DNA of 26,902 nt, taken from positions 1-26,902 of the IMG/VR virus record IMGVR_UViG_3300026368_000002; one strand, given 5' to 3'. The notes beneath the pieces are model-generated. The model did no database searches. It saw only the letters and a list, made by a program, of their open reading frames with translations, and was not told where the DNA came from. The stretch comes from a virus (Duplodnaviria > Caudoviricetes). Shown here piece after piece: positions 16,425 through 25,019 of this stretch. Position 1 is the stretch's first letter, and every line of letters begins with the position of its first letter. Both the position numbers and the translations under genes were made by a program.

Positions 16425-17690
16425 ATGCGTAATTCGCTTATGCGAGACAAACTGGCGGCGCTTCTGGTCTCTCCACCCATTTTGCAAGCAGAGCCTTTGC
16501 CTGTCTATCCATCTGATCCTGGACTAGAGACTCGGAAAGATGCGCTGATTGCATTTGCTCAAAAGAGAGCAAAAGAAACTTTTAAAAGGCCTAACCCGCA
16601 GGCATTTGTTTTTGGCCCCGCCTCAAAGAATCCCTTTCAATCAATCAGCATTAAGCATCCAGAAATCGCTAAGCCACAGGAAAATGCTGTTTCAGCTCCT
16701 CGTTATGTGGTGCCACCCAAGAAGAAGCATCCATTTGCCGTTCATGTGTATTCCGGTCCTTCTCCTTCAGAAACATCGGAACCAGAAGAGATTCCTGAGC
16801 CTTCTTTGCCAGAGTCACCGGCAGAAGAGCCAAAGGAAGAAAAGATAGAAGTGCCCCAGACAAAAGAAGCACCGGCAGAAGAACCAAAGATTAAAGAGCC
16901 CCTTGCAGTTGAGCCTGAAGCGCTGCCCGAACAAACCTCTGTTCCAACGCCAGCGCCTAAAGTTGTTTCTTCCGCGCCAACTGTTCCTGCTACAGTGACA
17001 CCGGCACCTTCTCTGGAAACGTCTGAGACTTTGGTGCCCACTTTACCCGAAAAAGAAGCAGAAGAGAAATTAGCTCAAGACGAAACGCCTCAACTCGTTG
17101 CTGCACTGCCTGCAAACCTTCAATGGCTAGAACAGCCAACGCCTTTTACCGATCACTTGCGCCCAATGGTCGACAAATTACGGGCATCAAAGACCAATGT
17201 GGTTTTTACCTTAGAGCAGTCAATCCTCCGGCAAACTGAGCTGAAAAAGCAAATCGTCGATCTTCAGGACAAGCTCTACAAAGAAGAGTTTGTGGGTGAG
17301 CAGCAACGAGAGTATTTGCACCAGTTGGATGAATCGATTGCCGCGTGCGCGCTTTTGGCAGAGCAAAGTATCAGTGTCGCGCCACTTTTGCAGGCGTTGA
17401 AGAGCCCAACACATAAACAGCATCCCAATGGAGAAAAGAAAACTGAGAGGCGCGCATATCACCGTGCATCTCTTGATTCCCCGTCCATGTGCCATCGTGA
17501 GGATGTTGTGAAGATTTTTGCGGCAAATCCTGGCCGCAAATGGAGTCGTGTTGAACTTGTTAATGAGCTTCCGGCAGCAAAGCGCGCGCACGCCAAGCAG
17601 TATTTGTATGCGCTTTTGTCAATGCTCAACGCAGATGGGTCGATTCAGCGGATCGCGCCCGGAATCTACGTCGCCAAGGAGAAAAGCTAA
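16425..17690 (+). CDS. Hypothetical protein with Pro/Glu-rich linker, coiled coil and possible C-terminal winged helix
   Basis: GGAGG RBS; composition; C-terminal ...LYALLSMLNADGSIQRIAPGIY resembles a wHTH wing. Confidence 0.75.
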   Translation: MRNSLMRDKLAALLVSPPILQAEPLPVYPSDPGLETRKDALIAFAQKRAKETFKRPNPQAFVFGPASKNPFQSISIKHPEIAKPQENAVSAPRYVVPPKKKHPFAVHVYSGPSPSETSEPEEIPEPSLPESPAEEPKEEKIEVPQTKEAPAEEPKIKEPLAVEPEALPEQTSVPTPAPKVVSSAPTVPATVTPAPSLETSETLVPTLPEKEAEEKLAQDETPQLVAALPANLQWLEQPTPFTDHLRPMVDKLRASKTNVVFTLEQSILRQTELKKQIVDLQDKLYKEEFVGEQQREYLHQLDESIAACALLAEQSISVAPLLQALKSPTHKQHPNGEKKTERRAYHRASLDSPSMCHREDVVKIFAANPGRKWSRVELVNELPAAKRAHAKQYLYALLSMLNADGSIQRIAPGIYVAKEKS

Positions 17691-18076
17691 TGAGCCTTGA
17701 CGATGATCCCTACATTTCGTCACTTGGCCTGTATGTTTTAGATGACGAAGGCAACCCTATTTTGGCGCACAATGTGCTGTCGTGGGGCGAGTGGATGGAA
17801 ACTCATTCTCATCATTTGGCACAGACGCTGTTTCCTTGGGGTAGAGTCTCAACGATTTTTCTTGGTATTGATGCGTCGATGATCGAAGTGCTGATCGGCG
17901 TTGGTCCGCTTACCCATAAACCAACCTTGTGGGAGACGATGGTATTTGGCGGTCCCCTCAACCTTTCTCAATGGCAATACAACTCTAAAAAAGATGCGTT
18001 AGAGGGCCATCGCCAAGCCGTGGAGGAATGCAAAAAGGCACAAGTAAGATTGATTGGCCATCCAGAGAACAATTAG
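17690..18076 (+). CDS. Phage-type hypothetical protein
   Basis: TAATG coupling with the upstream gene; VSTIFLGID...LWETMVFGG motif of a small phage protein type. Confidence 0.7.
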   Translation: MSLDDDPYISSLGLYVLDDEGNPILAHNVLSWGEWMETHSHHLAQTLFPWGRVSTIFLGIDASMIEVLIGVGPLTHKPTLWETMVFGGPLNLSQWQYNSKKDALEGHRQAVEECKKAQVRLIGHPENN

Positions 18077-18687
18077 TTTGGGCGTTCTTGTCCCTTGAAG
18101 AACCTGCATATTGTTGCTTTTGAAACGCCGCACAGGCTGGCGATGGCAGTATACGATTTTCCTTTTAGTCGAAGAGCAATTGCCTGTTTCTGGTCAAAGG
18201 TTATAGGCGGTCTACCTGGGCCTATTTGCCCTTTAGGACCGGGCTTTTGCGTCTTTTTTTGGCGCTCGATGCCGATGCGTGTTTGTTCTCCGATGTAAAC
18301 CCTATTCTGTCGCACTAGCGTTGCGATGATTGACGTCACTGCGTCTTTTGAGGCGTGGCAGGAGTCCAAATGCTTTTCAGTGCAAGAATAAAATCCTATT
18401 TCCCAACGAGAAAGTTTATGCAAAAGCAGCATGGTATTGCTGGCATTCTGACGCGAAAGCTGGTCGAGTGCCCAAAAGTAGATGGCATCGAAACGATGCT
18501 GTTTTGCATCGAGCAGCATTTTTTGATAAGCCGTGCGCTCAGATCCTGGGCTAGTCACAAGATCACGGTAGACATGCGCTATTTCGCATCCTTCTTGACG
18601 TACTATCGTTTGCAGATGCAGAATTTGCTCTTCCGCTATGTGCGGATCATCCTTGCTTGCGGCACAGCTATAAATTGCAACGCGCAT
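18073..18687 (-). CDS. Serine resolvase/invertase-family protein with degenerate active site and C-terminal HTH
   Basis: MRVAIY..., YQKMLLDAKQHRFDAIYFWALDQLSR, GRP and IASLCGVSKATICR match the resolvase fold, but YARVST appears as YSCAAS. Confidence 0.8.
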   Translation of the reverse strand: MRVAIYSCAASKDDPHIAEEQILHLQTIVRQEGCEIAHVYRDLVTSPGSERTAYQKMLLDAKQHRFDAIYFWALDQLSRQNASNTMLLLHKLSRWEIGFYSCTEKHLDSCHASKDAVTSIIATLVRQNRVYIGEQTRIGIERQKKTQKPGPKGQIGPGRPPITFDQKQAIALRLKGKSYTAIASLCGVSKATICRFFKGQERPN

Positions 18688-18778
18688 AGGCCATCCTTGC
18701 TGGAACATTGTACCGTATAAATTGGATCATTGTGCCAGTTTGATTGGAAAAATGTGAAAAATCGGGTAAGGTGGTGCA

Positions 18779-18976
18779 ATGATTACTGTTGGCGATATTC
18801 TGGTTTGCGATATTTGCGGGGCGAGAAAGGTTTACGACAAAACCAAGCCGTTGCCAGAACGATGCTGGAATCGTGATTGCCGCAGAAGCGGCTGGAACTC
18901 TGGCGGGGAAGATCGGCGAACGTGGCCACGCGTGAAACCGGAGAAGATGCAAGGAAAGCCTCCCCAAAAAATTTGA
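18779..18976 (+). CDS. Small zinc-ribbon protein
   Basis: CDICG...PERCWNRDCRRSGWN; AAGGTGG RBS. Confidence 0.6.
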   Translation: MITVGDILVCDICGARKVYDKTKPLPERCWNRDCRRSGWNSGGEDRRTWPRVKPEKMQGKPPQKI

Positions 18977-19150
18977 TGCGTTCCATTTCCTTTAATTTGC
19001 GCCCATGGTACGAAAAAAACGATGTTTAATGAATTTTCTGGTTTTTTCGTTTCAAAATGGGTATTGTGGTGGAGATTAAATTTAGAGCGGGCCTTCGTTT
19101 AAAAAGTGCGCGCTTGATTTTAAATCTCCGCTGCAGCGGAAGGAACGGAA

Positions 19151-19369
19151 ATGAAAAGCGAAGTGAGTTTGCTGATAAACTTGCGCGACCTGCGCAAAGA
19201 GGCTGGCATTTCAGCCGAGGAATTGGCCACCCTGTCGGGCATTTCCGCATCTGGCATTGAGCGGATTGAATGGGGAGAAGCCCCTAGCCTGGCCAATGCG
19301 TTGAGGCTGGCTCGCCTTTTAAACCTTTCTGTCGAAGATATTTGGGGGGTCAAAGAAAAGAAGGATTGA
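19151..19369 (+). CDS. XRE/Cro-family HTH transcriptional regulator
   Basis: NLRDLRKEAGISAEELATLSGIS...IERIE.G..PSLANALRLARLL..SVEDIW. Confidence 0.9.
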   Translation: MKSEVSLLINLRDLRKEAGISAEELATLSGISASGIERIEWGEAPSLANALRLARLLNLSVEDIWGVKEKKD

Positions 19370-19490
19370 AGCCATGTGGGATGTCTTCGAGTCTTTGGGA
19401 TCTGTTCTGTTTGTTTGTTGGTTGCTTCTTTGTGGATGGCGCGCTGGCGCACGGTTTGTGCGCTGGCTCAAGCGCAGATAGGCATGTGCT

Positions 19491-19835
19491 GTGAAAACCA
19501 TTATAGCGGGCAGTCGAACCATTACCGACATCCAACGCCTTTACGAGGCGATCCGCTTGAGTGGGTTTGAAATCACCGAGGTGGTCAGCGGAGAGGCGCG
19601 CGGCGTAGATCATCTGGGCCGCTGGTGGGCTGAGCATCATTCTCTTCCGGTCACCAGCTTTCCGGCCGATTGGGATCGGCACGGCAAGCGTGCTGGGTAT
19701 ATGCGCAACGTGCAGATGGCCGAATACGGCGAGGCGCTTATCGCGGTGTGGAATGGCAAGAGCGTGGGCACAAAGCACATGATCGATACGGCTCGCGCAA
19801 AGGGGCTGTCTGTTTACGTCTACTTGGTAAAATAG
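19491..19835 (+). CDS. SLOG-superfamily (YspA-like/DUF2493) protein
   Basis: IIAGSR, VVSGEARGVD, DW.RHGKRAGYMRN.QMA and W.GKS.GTKHMI motifs. Confidence 0.85.
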   Translation: MKTIIAGSRTITDIQRLYEAIRLSGFEITEVVSGEARGVDHLGRWWAEHHSLPVTSFPADWDRHGKRAGYMRNVQMAEYGEALIAVWNGKSVGTKHMIDTARAKGLSVYVYLVK

Positions 19836-19843
19836 GCAAATTG

Positions 19844-20479
19844 ATGACAAACGAAATTCGAAATCCAAGTTGGCGACCGGCTACCTTTACCTCGAGCAGC
19901 ATTGACAAAATCAAACGCGGACTGATGACGCAGATGATTCGGCGAATCTATCCCCAGCCACATGGCAAGACCTTTGTGCAAGACGCCACGATTCCGTTGC
20001 ACTGGCGCTGTCCCGATGAAAACGACCCGAAGAAAAAATGGAACTGCCCGTACGGAATCCCCGGTGATCGGCTTTGGGTGCGGCAGGTATGGGCTCGCGT
20101 CGAGCCTGCCCCGCAAGTGCTGGAGCAATACGGTATGCCGGTTTCATGGAAAATCGAAAAGAATTTTGTTTTGTTGGACTATTGGCGCAAGCGCGTGATC
20201 TTTTTGTCTGACTTCCCTGATAAAAGTCCAGAAGAATGCGGCCATGGAGCTTCGGACAATGTATGGCGCAGCCCTGGATTGATGCCACGCTGGGCATCAC
20301 GGCACACGTTGAAAATCACGGAGATTCGTGCGCGGCGCATGCAGGAGATTAGTCCCGACGATGTACGCGCTGCAGATGTGGAAGCAGTCACAGACGAATG
20401 GGTATGGCATGTCTTTTTCCGAAGGATAGACAATGACCAAGCATCCTCTCAAGCGGTACACAACGGAACAAGTAGCTGA
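19844..20479 (+). CDS. ASCH/PUA-like phage protein
   Basis: TQMIRRIYPQP, CPYG.PGDRLWVRQ and WRSP.LMPRWASR.TLKITEIR..R.QEIS motifs. Confidence 0.7.
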   Translation: MTNEIRNPSWRPATFTSSSIDKIKRGLMTQMIRRIYPQPHGKTFVQDATIPLHWRCPDENDPKKKWNCPYGIPGDRLWVRQVWARVEPAPQVLEQYGMPVSWKIEKNFVLLDYWRKRVIFLSDFPDKSPEECGHGASDNVWRSPGLMPRWASRHTLKITEIRARRMQEISPDDVRAADVEAVTDEWVWHVFFRRIDNDQASSQAVHNGTSS

Positions 20480-20771
20480 TTGCGCTCTGGAACAGGAATG
20501 GGTAAAAGCGGACGCGGCGATTGACCAAATTCGCCAAATGGAGCGTGAAATCAGTTTGATGTTTTCACCGCGCGAGATGTTGGATGCTGTGGAAGCGCGC
20601 GATGCCGCACAGAAATTGGTCATAAGCTATGAAAAGACGCTCCGTACAATTGCCGTAGCTTCGGGCCGTATTTTTCAAGGGGCAAAGGATGTGCAGGCGC
20701 TGCCCTCGTTGGTGGATCACATCACGGAGTGCTTAGCCATCGTTAACAGCCGCAAGCAAAGAAGAAACTAG
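20433..20771 (+). CDS. Hypothetical coiled-coil protein
   Basis: 112-aa ORF with an AAGGA RBS; fills the operon gap. Confidence 0.65.
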   Translation: MTKHPLKRYTTEQVADCALEQEWVKADAAIDQIRQMEREISLMFSPREMLDAVEARDAAQKLVISYEKTLRTIAVASGRIFQGAKDVQALPSLVDHITECLAIVNSRKQRRN

Positions 20772-20784
20772 AAGAAGGCGAGCC

Positions 20785-21168
20785 ATGAAAATTTTTGTTT
20801 TTGGCTCAAACCAACGCGGAATCCATGGTGCAGGCACGGCAAAGCTCGCTGTGCAGCAATACGGTGCGCAGTATCGCGTTGGCGAAGGCCGTACAGGTAA
20901 TGCGTACGCGATTCCAACGAAAGCTACTCCCTACAAAGTGCGGCGTCTTTTTGATATTCAAGCAAGCGTTGATATGTTTCTTGAGTACGCGCGCGCACAC
21001 ACGGATTTAACCTTTCATGTAATGCGGATCGGATGCGGACTCGCAGGGTTTACAAACCAGCAAATGGCTCCGATGTTTGTAGGAGCGCCGGAAAATTGTT
21101 TCTTTGATCCAGCCTGGAAAAAATATGGATTGCGGAGTTGGGAAGAAGAACCGTACGATAGCGACTAA
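20785..21168 (+). CDS. A1S_2505-like phage non-structural protein (macro-like fold)
   Basis: IFVFGSN..G.HGAG.A...YGA...GEG..G.AYAIPTK and IGCGLAG motifs. Confidence 0.8.
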   Translation: MKIFVFGSNQRGIHGAGTAKLAVQQYGAQYRVGEGRTGNAYAIPTKATPYKVRRLFDIQASVDMFLEYARAHTDLTFHVMRIGCGLAGFTNQQMAPMFVGAPENCFFDPAWKKYGLRSWEEEPYDSD

Positions 21169-21809
21169 TGAAAATTGCCGCCATTTCCGATACGCACGGG
21201 CTTGAGATTTCTTTGCCGGAATCTGAAGTCTTGATCCATGCCGGCGATATGACGATGTACGGCACCTGGACTGAAACCGCTGCTGCGGGTCGGGCCTTGG
21301 GCTCTGGGCGTCATGCGGCCGTGTTGCTGGTGCCGGGAAATCACGACACTGCTTTTCGCCACTTTTCATACCCAACCGCCGAAGACTACTTTTTTTTGCC
21401 AAACACCCACCTGCTTATTGATGCAGTGTGGGAGTACAAAGGGTATGTTTTTTATGGCACGCCATGGACGCCGCAGTTGAAGAACGTAGAAACCTACTGC
21501 TCGGCTTATATGCAGCCGGAATCCTTTTTGCGGCGGCGTTTTTTACATATGCCGGACGAAATCGATGTGCTGATTACCCACGGGCCGCCCAAAGGCATCC
21601 TCGACAATGGCTGCGGTTCCGAAGCCCTGCGCGAAGCAATCGAAAAGCGCAAGATCCGTAGACACGTTTTTGGTCACATTCACGAATGTGGGGGAATCTC
21701 TCTCGAGCAGACGCAGCACGATGGTTCGCGGCGCGACTCCCACAACGTCGCAATTATGCCAGTGGGACATCATGGCCAAGCGCATGTACCGCTTGTCTTC
21801 GAGCTTTAA
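21168..21809 (+). CDS. Calcineurin-like metallophosphoesterase
   Basis: SDTH, HAGD, GNHD, THGPP and FGHIHE motifs. Confidence 0.92.
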   Translation: MKIAAISDTHGLEISLPESEVLIHAGDMTMYGTWTETAAAGRALGSGRHAAVLLVPGNHDTAFRHFSYPTAEDYFFLPNTHLLIDAVWEYKGYVFYGTPWTPQLKNVETYCSAYMQPESFLRRRFLHMPDEIDVLITHGPPKGILDNGCGSEALREAIEKRKIRRHVFGHIHECGGISLEQTQHDGSRRDSHNVAIMPVGHHGQAHVPLVFEL

Positions 21810-22114
21810 AGGTGCCTATAACGCTTATTGTGCTGAATTGTGCTAAAACGTTGTATTTTTCCTAAATAGTTTGATTTTGTTGATGTAAGATGGTTGGCGA
21901 ACGAAACCACCCACAAGGAGACGCCAATGTCTAGTGAAAGCGAAAAAACAGGGTCACCCGAAGAAAAACTGAAGTGCCCAGAGTGTGGCCAGACGGGATT
22001 TCTAGATAAACGCGGTCTTGGAGTCCACCGTCATGCGAAACATGGTGTCTGACCTTGCCCCCTGAAAACGTCCCCCATATGGCGCTCTGCGATACTTGCG
22101 AAGGAGCGGCGACG

Positions 22115-22411
22115 ATGGAGCGTTTACCGAGGAAGATTTACACCTATGAGTTCAAGCTGGAAGCTATTCGGCTGGTTGAGTCTGGCCAGAGGGTTGCGGA
22201 AGCAGCGCGCACGCTGGGCGTGGTCGAGCAGACTTTATCGAACTGGATCAAGGCGCACAAGGCGGGCAAACTCGTGGCCAACGGGCGCGGGTCGAAGCTG
22301 ACCGCCGAGCAGATTGAGTTGCGACAGTTGCGCGCCGAGTTGGCGCGGGTGAAGATGGAGCGCGACATCCTGGGAAAAGCAGCGGCGTACTTCTCGCGGA
22401 GCCAGAAGTGA
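22115..22411 (+). CDS. IS3-family transposase OrfA (HTH and leucine zipper)
   Basis: YTYEFKLEAIRLV...AARTLGV..TLSNW...ELRQLRAELARVKMERDILGKAAAYF; AAGGAG RBS. Confidence 0.93.
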   Translation: MERLPRKIYTYEFKLEAIRLVESGQRVAEAARTLGVVEQTLSNWIKAHKAGKLVANGRGSKLTAEQIELRQLRAELARVKMERDILGKAAAYFSRSQK

Positions 22412-23295
22412 AGTACGCCTTCATCGACAAGCATCGTTTTCTCTGGCCCGTCCGCGTGCAGTGCGAGGTTTTGAAGGTGAGCTTTTCTGGCTACCATCAG
22501 CATCAGTCGCGACGCAAGCGCATTGGCTCGCGTCGGCACATGAGCGAGGCCGCATTGCACGTCCACATCCGCGCGCTTCATGCGGAGCTGCGTGGTGCCT
22601 ACGGCTGGCCTCGGATGTGGCGCGAGTTGCGCCGTCGCGGTGTGCGCGTGGGTAAGGAGCGGGTGCGTCTTACGATGCAGCGACACGGCATTCAGGCGCG
22701 TGGCAAGCGGCGATTTCGCGTCGCGACCACCGACAGCAACCACCGGATGCCGATTGCGCCGAACCTGCTCAACCGCAACTTCACCGTCGCGAGGCCGAAC
22801 ACGGTGTGGACTGGCGACGTGACTTATATCGCGACCGACGAGGGTTGGCTCTACCTGGCCGTGGTGATTGATCTGTTCAGCCGCCGCATCGTGGGCTGGT
22901 CGATGAAGCAGACGGTTGACCGCACGCTGGTCATCGACGCGTTGGAGATGGCCTGCTTGCAACGTCGGCCCGTGGCTGGCCAAACGATCTTTCATAGCGA
23001 CCGCGGCAGCCAGTATGCCAGCGAAGATTACGGCAAAGTGATGAAGATGTACGGGCTGATGGCATCGATGAGCCGCAAGGCAAACTGCTGGGATAATGCC
23101 GTGACCGAGACACTGTTCGGCTCGCTCAAGGTCGAACGGTTGCACGGCGAGAGCTTCGTGTCAGCGCGCACGGCCAAGGATGAGGTGATCGACTGGATAC
23201 TCTGGTATAACCAGAAACGAATGCACTCGACGATCGGCTACCAGAGCCCGGAAGAGTTTGAACAGAAGTGGTGGCTGCAGCGCGAAGCGGCCTGA
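22408..23295 (+). CDS. IS3-family transposase OrfB (DDE integrase core)
   Basis: WTGDVTYI, HSDRGSQY and CWDNAVTETLFGSLKVE motifs; -1 frame relative to OrfA with a GTGA overlap. Confidence 0.95.
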   Translation: MKYAFIDKHRFLWPVRVQCEVLKVSFSGYHQHQSRRKRIGSRRHMSEAALHVHIRALHAELRGAYGWPRMWRELRRRGVRVGKERVRLTMQRHGIQARGKRRFRVATTDSNHRMPIAPNLLNRNFTVARPNTVWTGDVTYIATDEGWLYLAVVIDLFSRRIVGWSMKQTVDRTLVIDALEMACLQRRPVAGQTIFHSDRGSQYASEDYGKVMKMYGLMASMSRKANCWDNAVTETLFGSLKVERLHGESFVSARTAKDEVIDWILWYNQKRMHSTIGYQSPEEFEQKWWLQREAA

Positions 23296-23737
23296 GAGGC
23301 AGGCTGTGGAAGTATGGAAATCGCTGCGGCGATTCCCACACTCCCACAGCCTCGACGACGACGGGATATTTCCCTCAAACCGGGCGTATATGAGGGACGC
23401 ATTCTGAGGGCAAGGTCAGTCAATGGCACGTCGCCTTCCACGATTGCTTACCACGAGAAGCAGAAGAAGGAAGGGAAAGTAGCCTCAAAAACGGCACCGA
23501 AGAAGGACCACCACAAGAAGGTAGTGGTTCCCACGATCACAACGCCGGGAGAAATCGCGATTGTGAAGAAGCCGGAGATTCCAGTAATTCCCCCGGTTCT
23601 AGTGGGCTATGCCATGGGCATGCTCAAGAGTCTTGCAGCCCAAATTGCACGGGAAAATCAATTGCCCGAAGAAGCGTTTACTCGGATTGCGGCTGCGAAT
23701 CTTGCCGAGCTGACCAAGCAATAAACTGCGAAGAGGG

Positions 23738-23759
23738 GAGCGCGTCCAAAGGCGCGCTC
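23738..23759 (+). terminator. GC-rich hairpin between the zinc-finger gene and array 2
   Basis: GAGCGCGTCC-AAA-GGCGCGCTC; no U-tract follows, so termination may be weak. Confidence 0.4.
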
Positions 23760-24126
23760 TCTGACGTTGAAGTGCACTGAACAAGTGCAACATCTATCAG
23801 AAATCGGCCGTTCTTGTAGTTGGGGGTAGCAATGTGGTTGGAGTGCATCGAGCAGATGCAACTGTCTATCTTGAGTCTGCAACGCAATCAAAGTGCATCG
23901 GATAGATGCAACGGCTCAGCCTCTTTTGTTGAGGTATTCGTTTTTGGTAGCAATGTGGCTGAAGTGCACTGGACAAGTGCAACAGGTAAGCATCTTTTGC
24001 AATGTCAAACCATCCGTGGCAGCAATGTGGTCAAAGTGCATCGGACAGATGCAACTACCAACAAGTAGACAATGCTGTACTTACCGTAAGTAGTCACGAG
24101 TTTTGAGTGCATCGAGCAGATGCAAC
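23755..24126 (+). CRISPR. CRISPR array 2: six diverged copies of the array-1 repeat with spacers of 34, 13, 34, 35 and 34 bp
   Basis: Repeats end at 23791, 23862, 23912, 23983, 24055 and 24126. All keep AG-TGCAYY-GNRYA-RRTGCA-AC. The first repeat lacks a recognisable 5' half. Confidence 0.9.
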
Positions 24127-24162
24127 AAGAGCGTAACCTGAGAATCGTAAGGAGCAGTAAAG

Positions 24163-24411
24163 ATGGAAAAGGATTCAACGGACGAGTCTCGCGGCATCAT
24201 TTCCCAGTGGGTAATTTACAATCATCCGCGCGATTATCCCGATCACTTCGTTTTGCGACGGTGGGACATTCTCGCAGGTGATTGTGTGCCCTCTCCAGAT
24301 GCAGTCCTTGCCGACACACTGGAAGAGGTTCGGAAGCATGTACCGCCAGGGCTCTATTGCCTTCCACGTTTTGCTAGTGACGATCCGTGCATTGTGGAGG
24401 TCTGGATATAA
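24163..24411 (+). CDS. Hypothetical protein
   Basis: TAAGGAG RBS; WVIYNHPRDYPD.FV.RRW...DDPCIVEVWI. Confidence 0.75.
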   Translation: MEKDSTDESRGIISQWVIYNHPRDYPDHFVLRRWDILAGDCVPSPDAVLADTLEEVRKHVPPGLYCLPRFASDDPCIVEVWI

Positions 24412-24460
24412 ACTGCAGTCCAGAATCTGGACTAGCCAGATACCGGAAAAGGAAAGACCA

Positions 24461-24859
24461 ATGGTTCAGAATATTTACAATCGAATTCAAACCGCTTGGA
24501 AAAGCCTTCCGTCTGTGACGCGGACGATACTTTTAGTCACGTACGACTTCATGGTTTGCGAATGGCTTGTTCTTGCTGGAGCAATGCTGTACTTTGACTA
24601 TTTGAAAAAACGCTCGAATTTTTGGTTGCTCTTGACGGTTACGCTTGTTGTCTCCGTTGCCGTTGTCTTCCGAAATATCATGTGGGTTTACAAAAGCAAT
24701 GCGCAAGCAGAATATATCGCAAGGTTAAAAAAGAAAAATGACAAAATTGCTGTGTTGATGACGCAGATTTTTTCTACAGGAGAAAAGCGGTCTGTCGGCG
24801 CTCCGCAATGCGTGGAGCAGGACATCTATCCTTTGAATGATCTTTCCAAAATGGACTAA
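24461..24859 (+). CDS. Membrane protein with about two TM helices
   Basis: Two hydrophobic stretches; AAGGA RBS. Confidence 0.65.
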   Translation: MVQNIYNRIQTAWKSLPSVTRTILLVTYDFMVCEWLVLAGAMLYFDYLKKRSNFWLLLTVTLVVSVAVVFRNIMWVYKSNAQAEYIARLKKKNDKIAVLMTQIFSTGEKRSVGAPQCVEQDIYPLNDLSKMD

Positions 24860-25019
24860 AAACCTATAGAGACTTCTTCGCCTTTCTCACTGTTTTTCTA
24901 GTTCAAATAGAACCCTTCTCGCCCTTCTGCGCCCGCGAAGAGTGATTCAAATACCTCTGTCTATAATTCGCCCTAGCAGTGCGCTTAGACTGCGCATCGT
25001 GCCTCAAGGAGTGTGCGAT

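Larger units (their letters stand above)
22050..23418 (+). mobile_element. IS3-family insertion sequence, 1369 bp, 3-bp target duplication GTC
   Basis: TG...CA ends; ~31-bp imperfect terminal IRs (TGACCTTGCCCCCTGAAAACGTCCCCCATAT versus the reverse complement of the right end, TGACCTTGCCCTCAGAATGCGTCCCTCATAT); GTC at 22047-22049 and 23419-23421. Confidence 0.95.
21927..23724 (+). pseudogene. C2H2 zinc-finger protein gene (~141 aa) split by the IS3-family element
   Basis: AAGGAG RBS. Segment 21927-22049 (MSSES...CPECGQTGFLDKRGLGVHRHAKHGV) joins in frame to 23422-23724 (NGTSPSTIAY...ELTKQ*) after removing the IS and one GTC copy. Confidence 0.85.

Noticed and set aside
22144-23145. 333-aa antisense ORF in the IS
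   Set aside because: This is a typical shadow ORF opposite an IS3 transposase.
23984-24018. Array-2 spacer shares AGCATCTTTT with the boxes upstream of int
   Set aside because: The match is only 10 nt and is internal to the spacer, which is compatible with chance.
23658-24093. Short ORFs on both strands over array 2
   Set aside because: They are by-products of the diverged repeats.
24127-24135. Sequence after the last array-2 repeat (AAGAGCGTA) matches leader positions 18-26
   Set aside because: A 9-nt match is too short to support self-regulation. It is worth rechecking only once the PAM is known.
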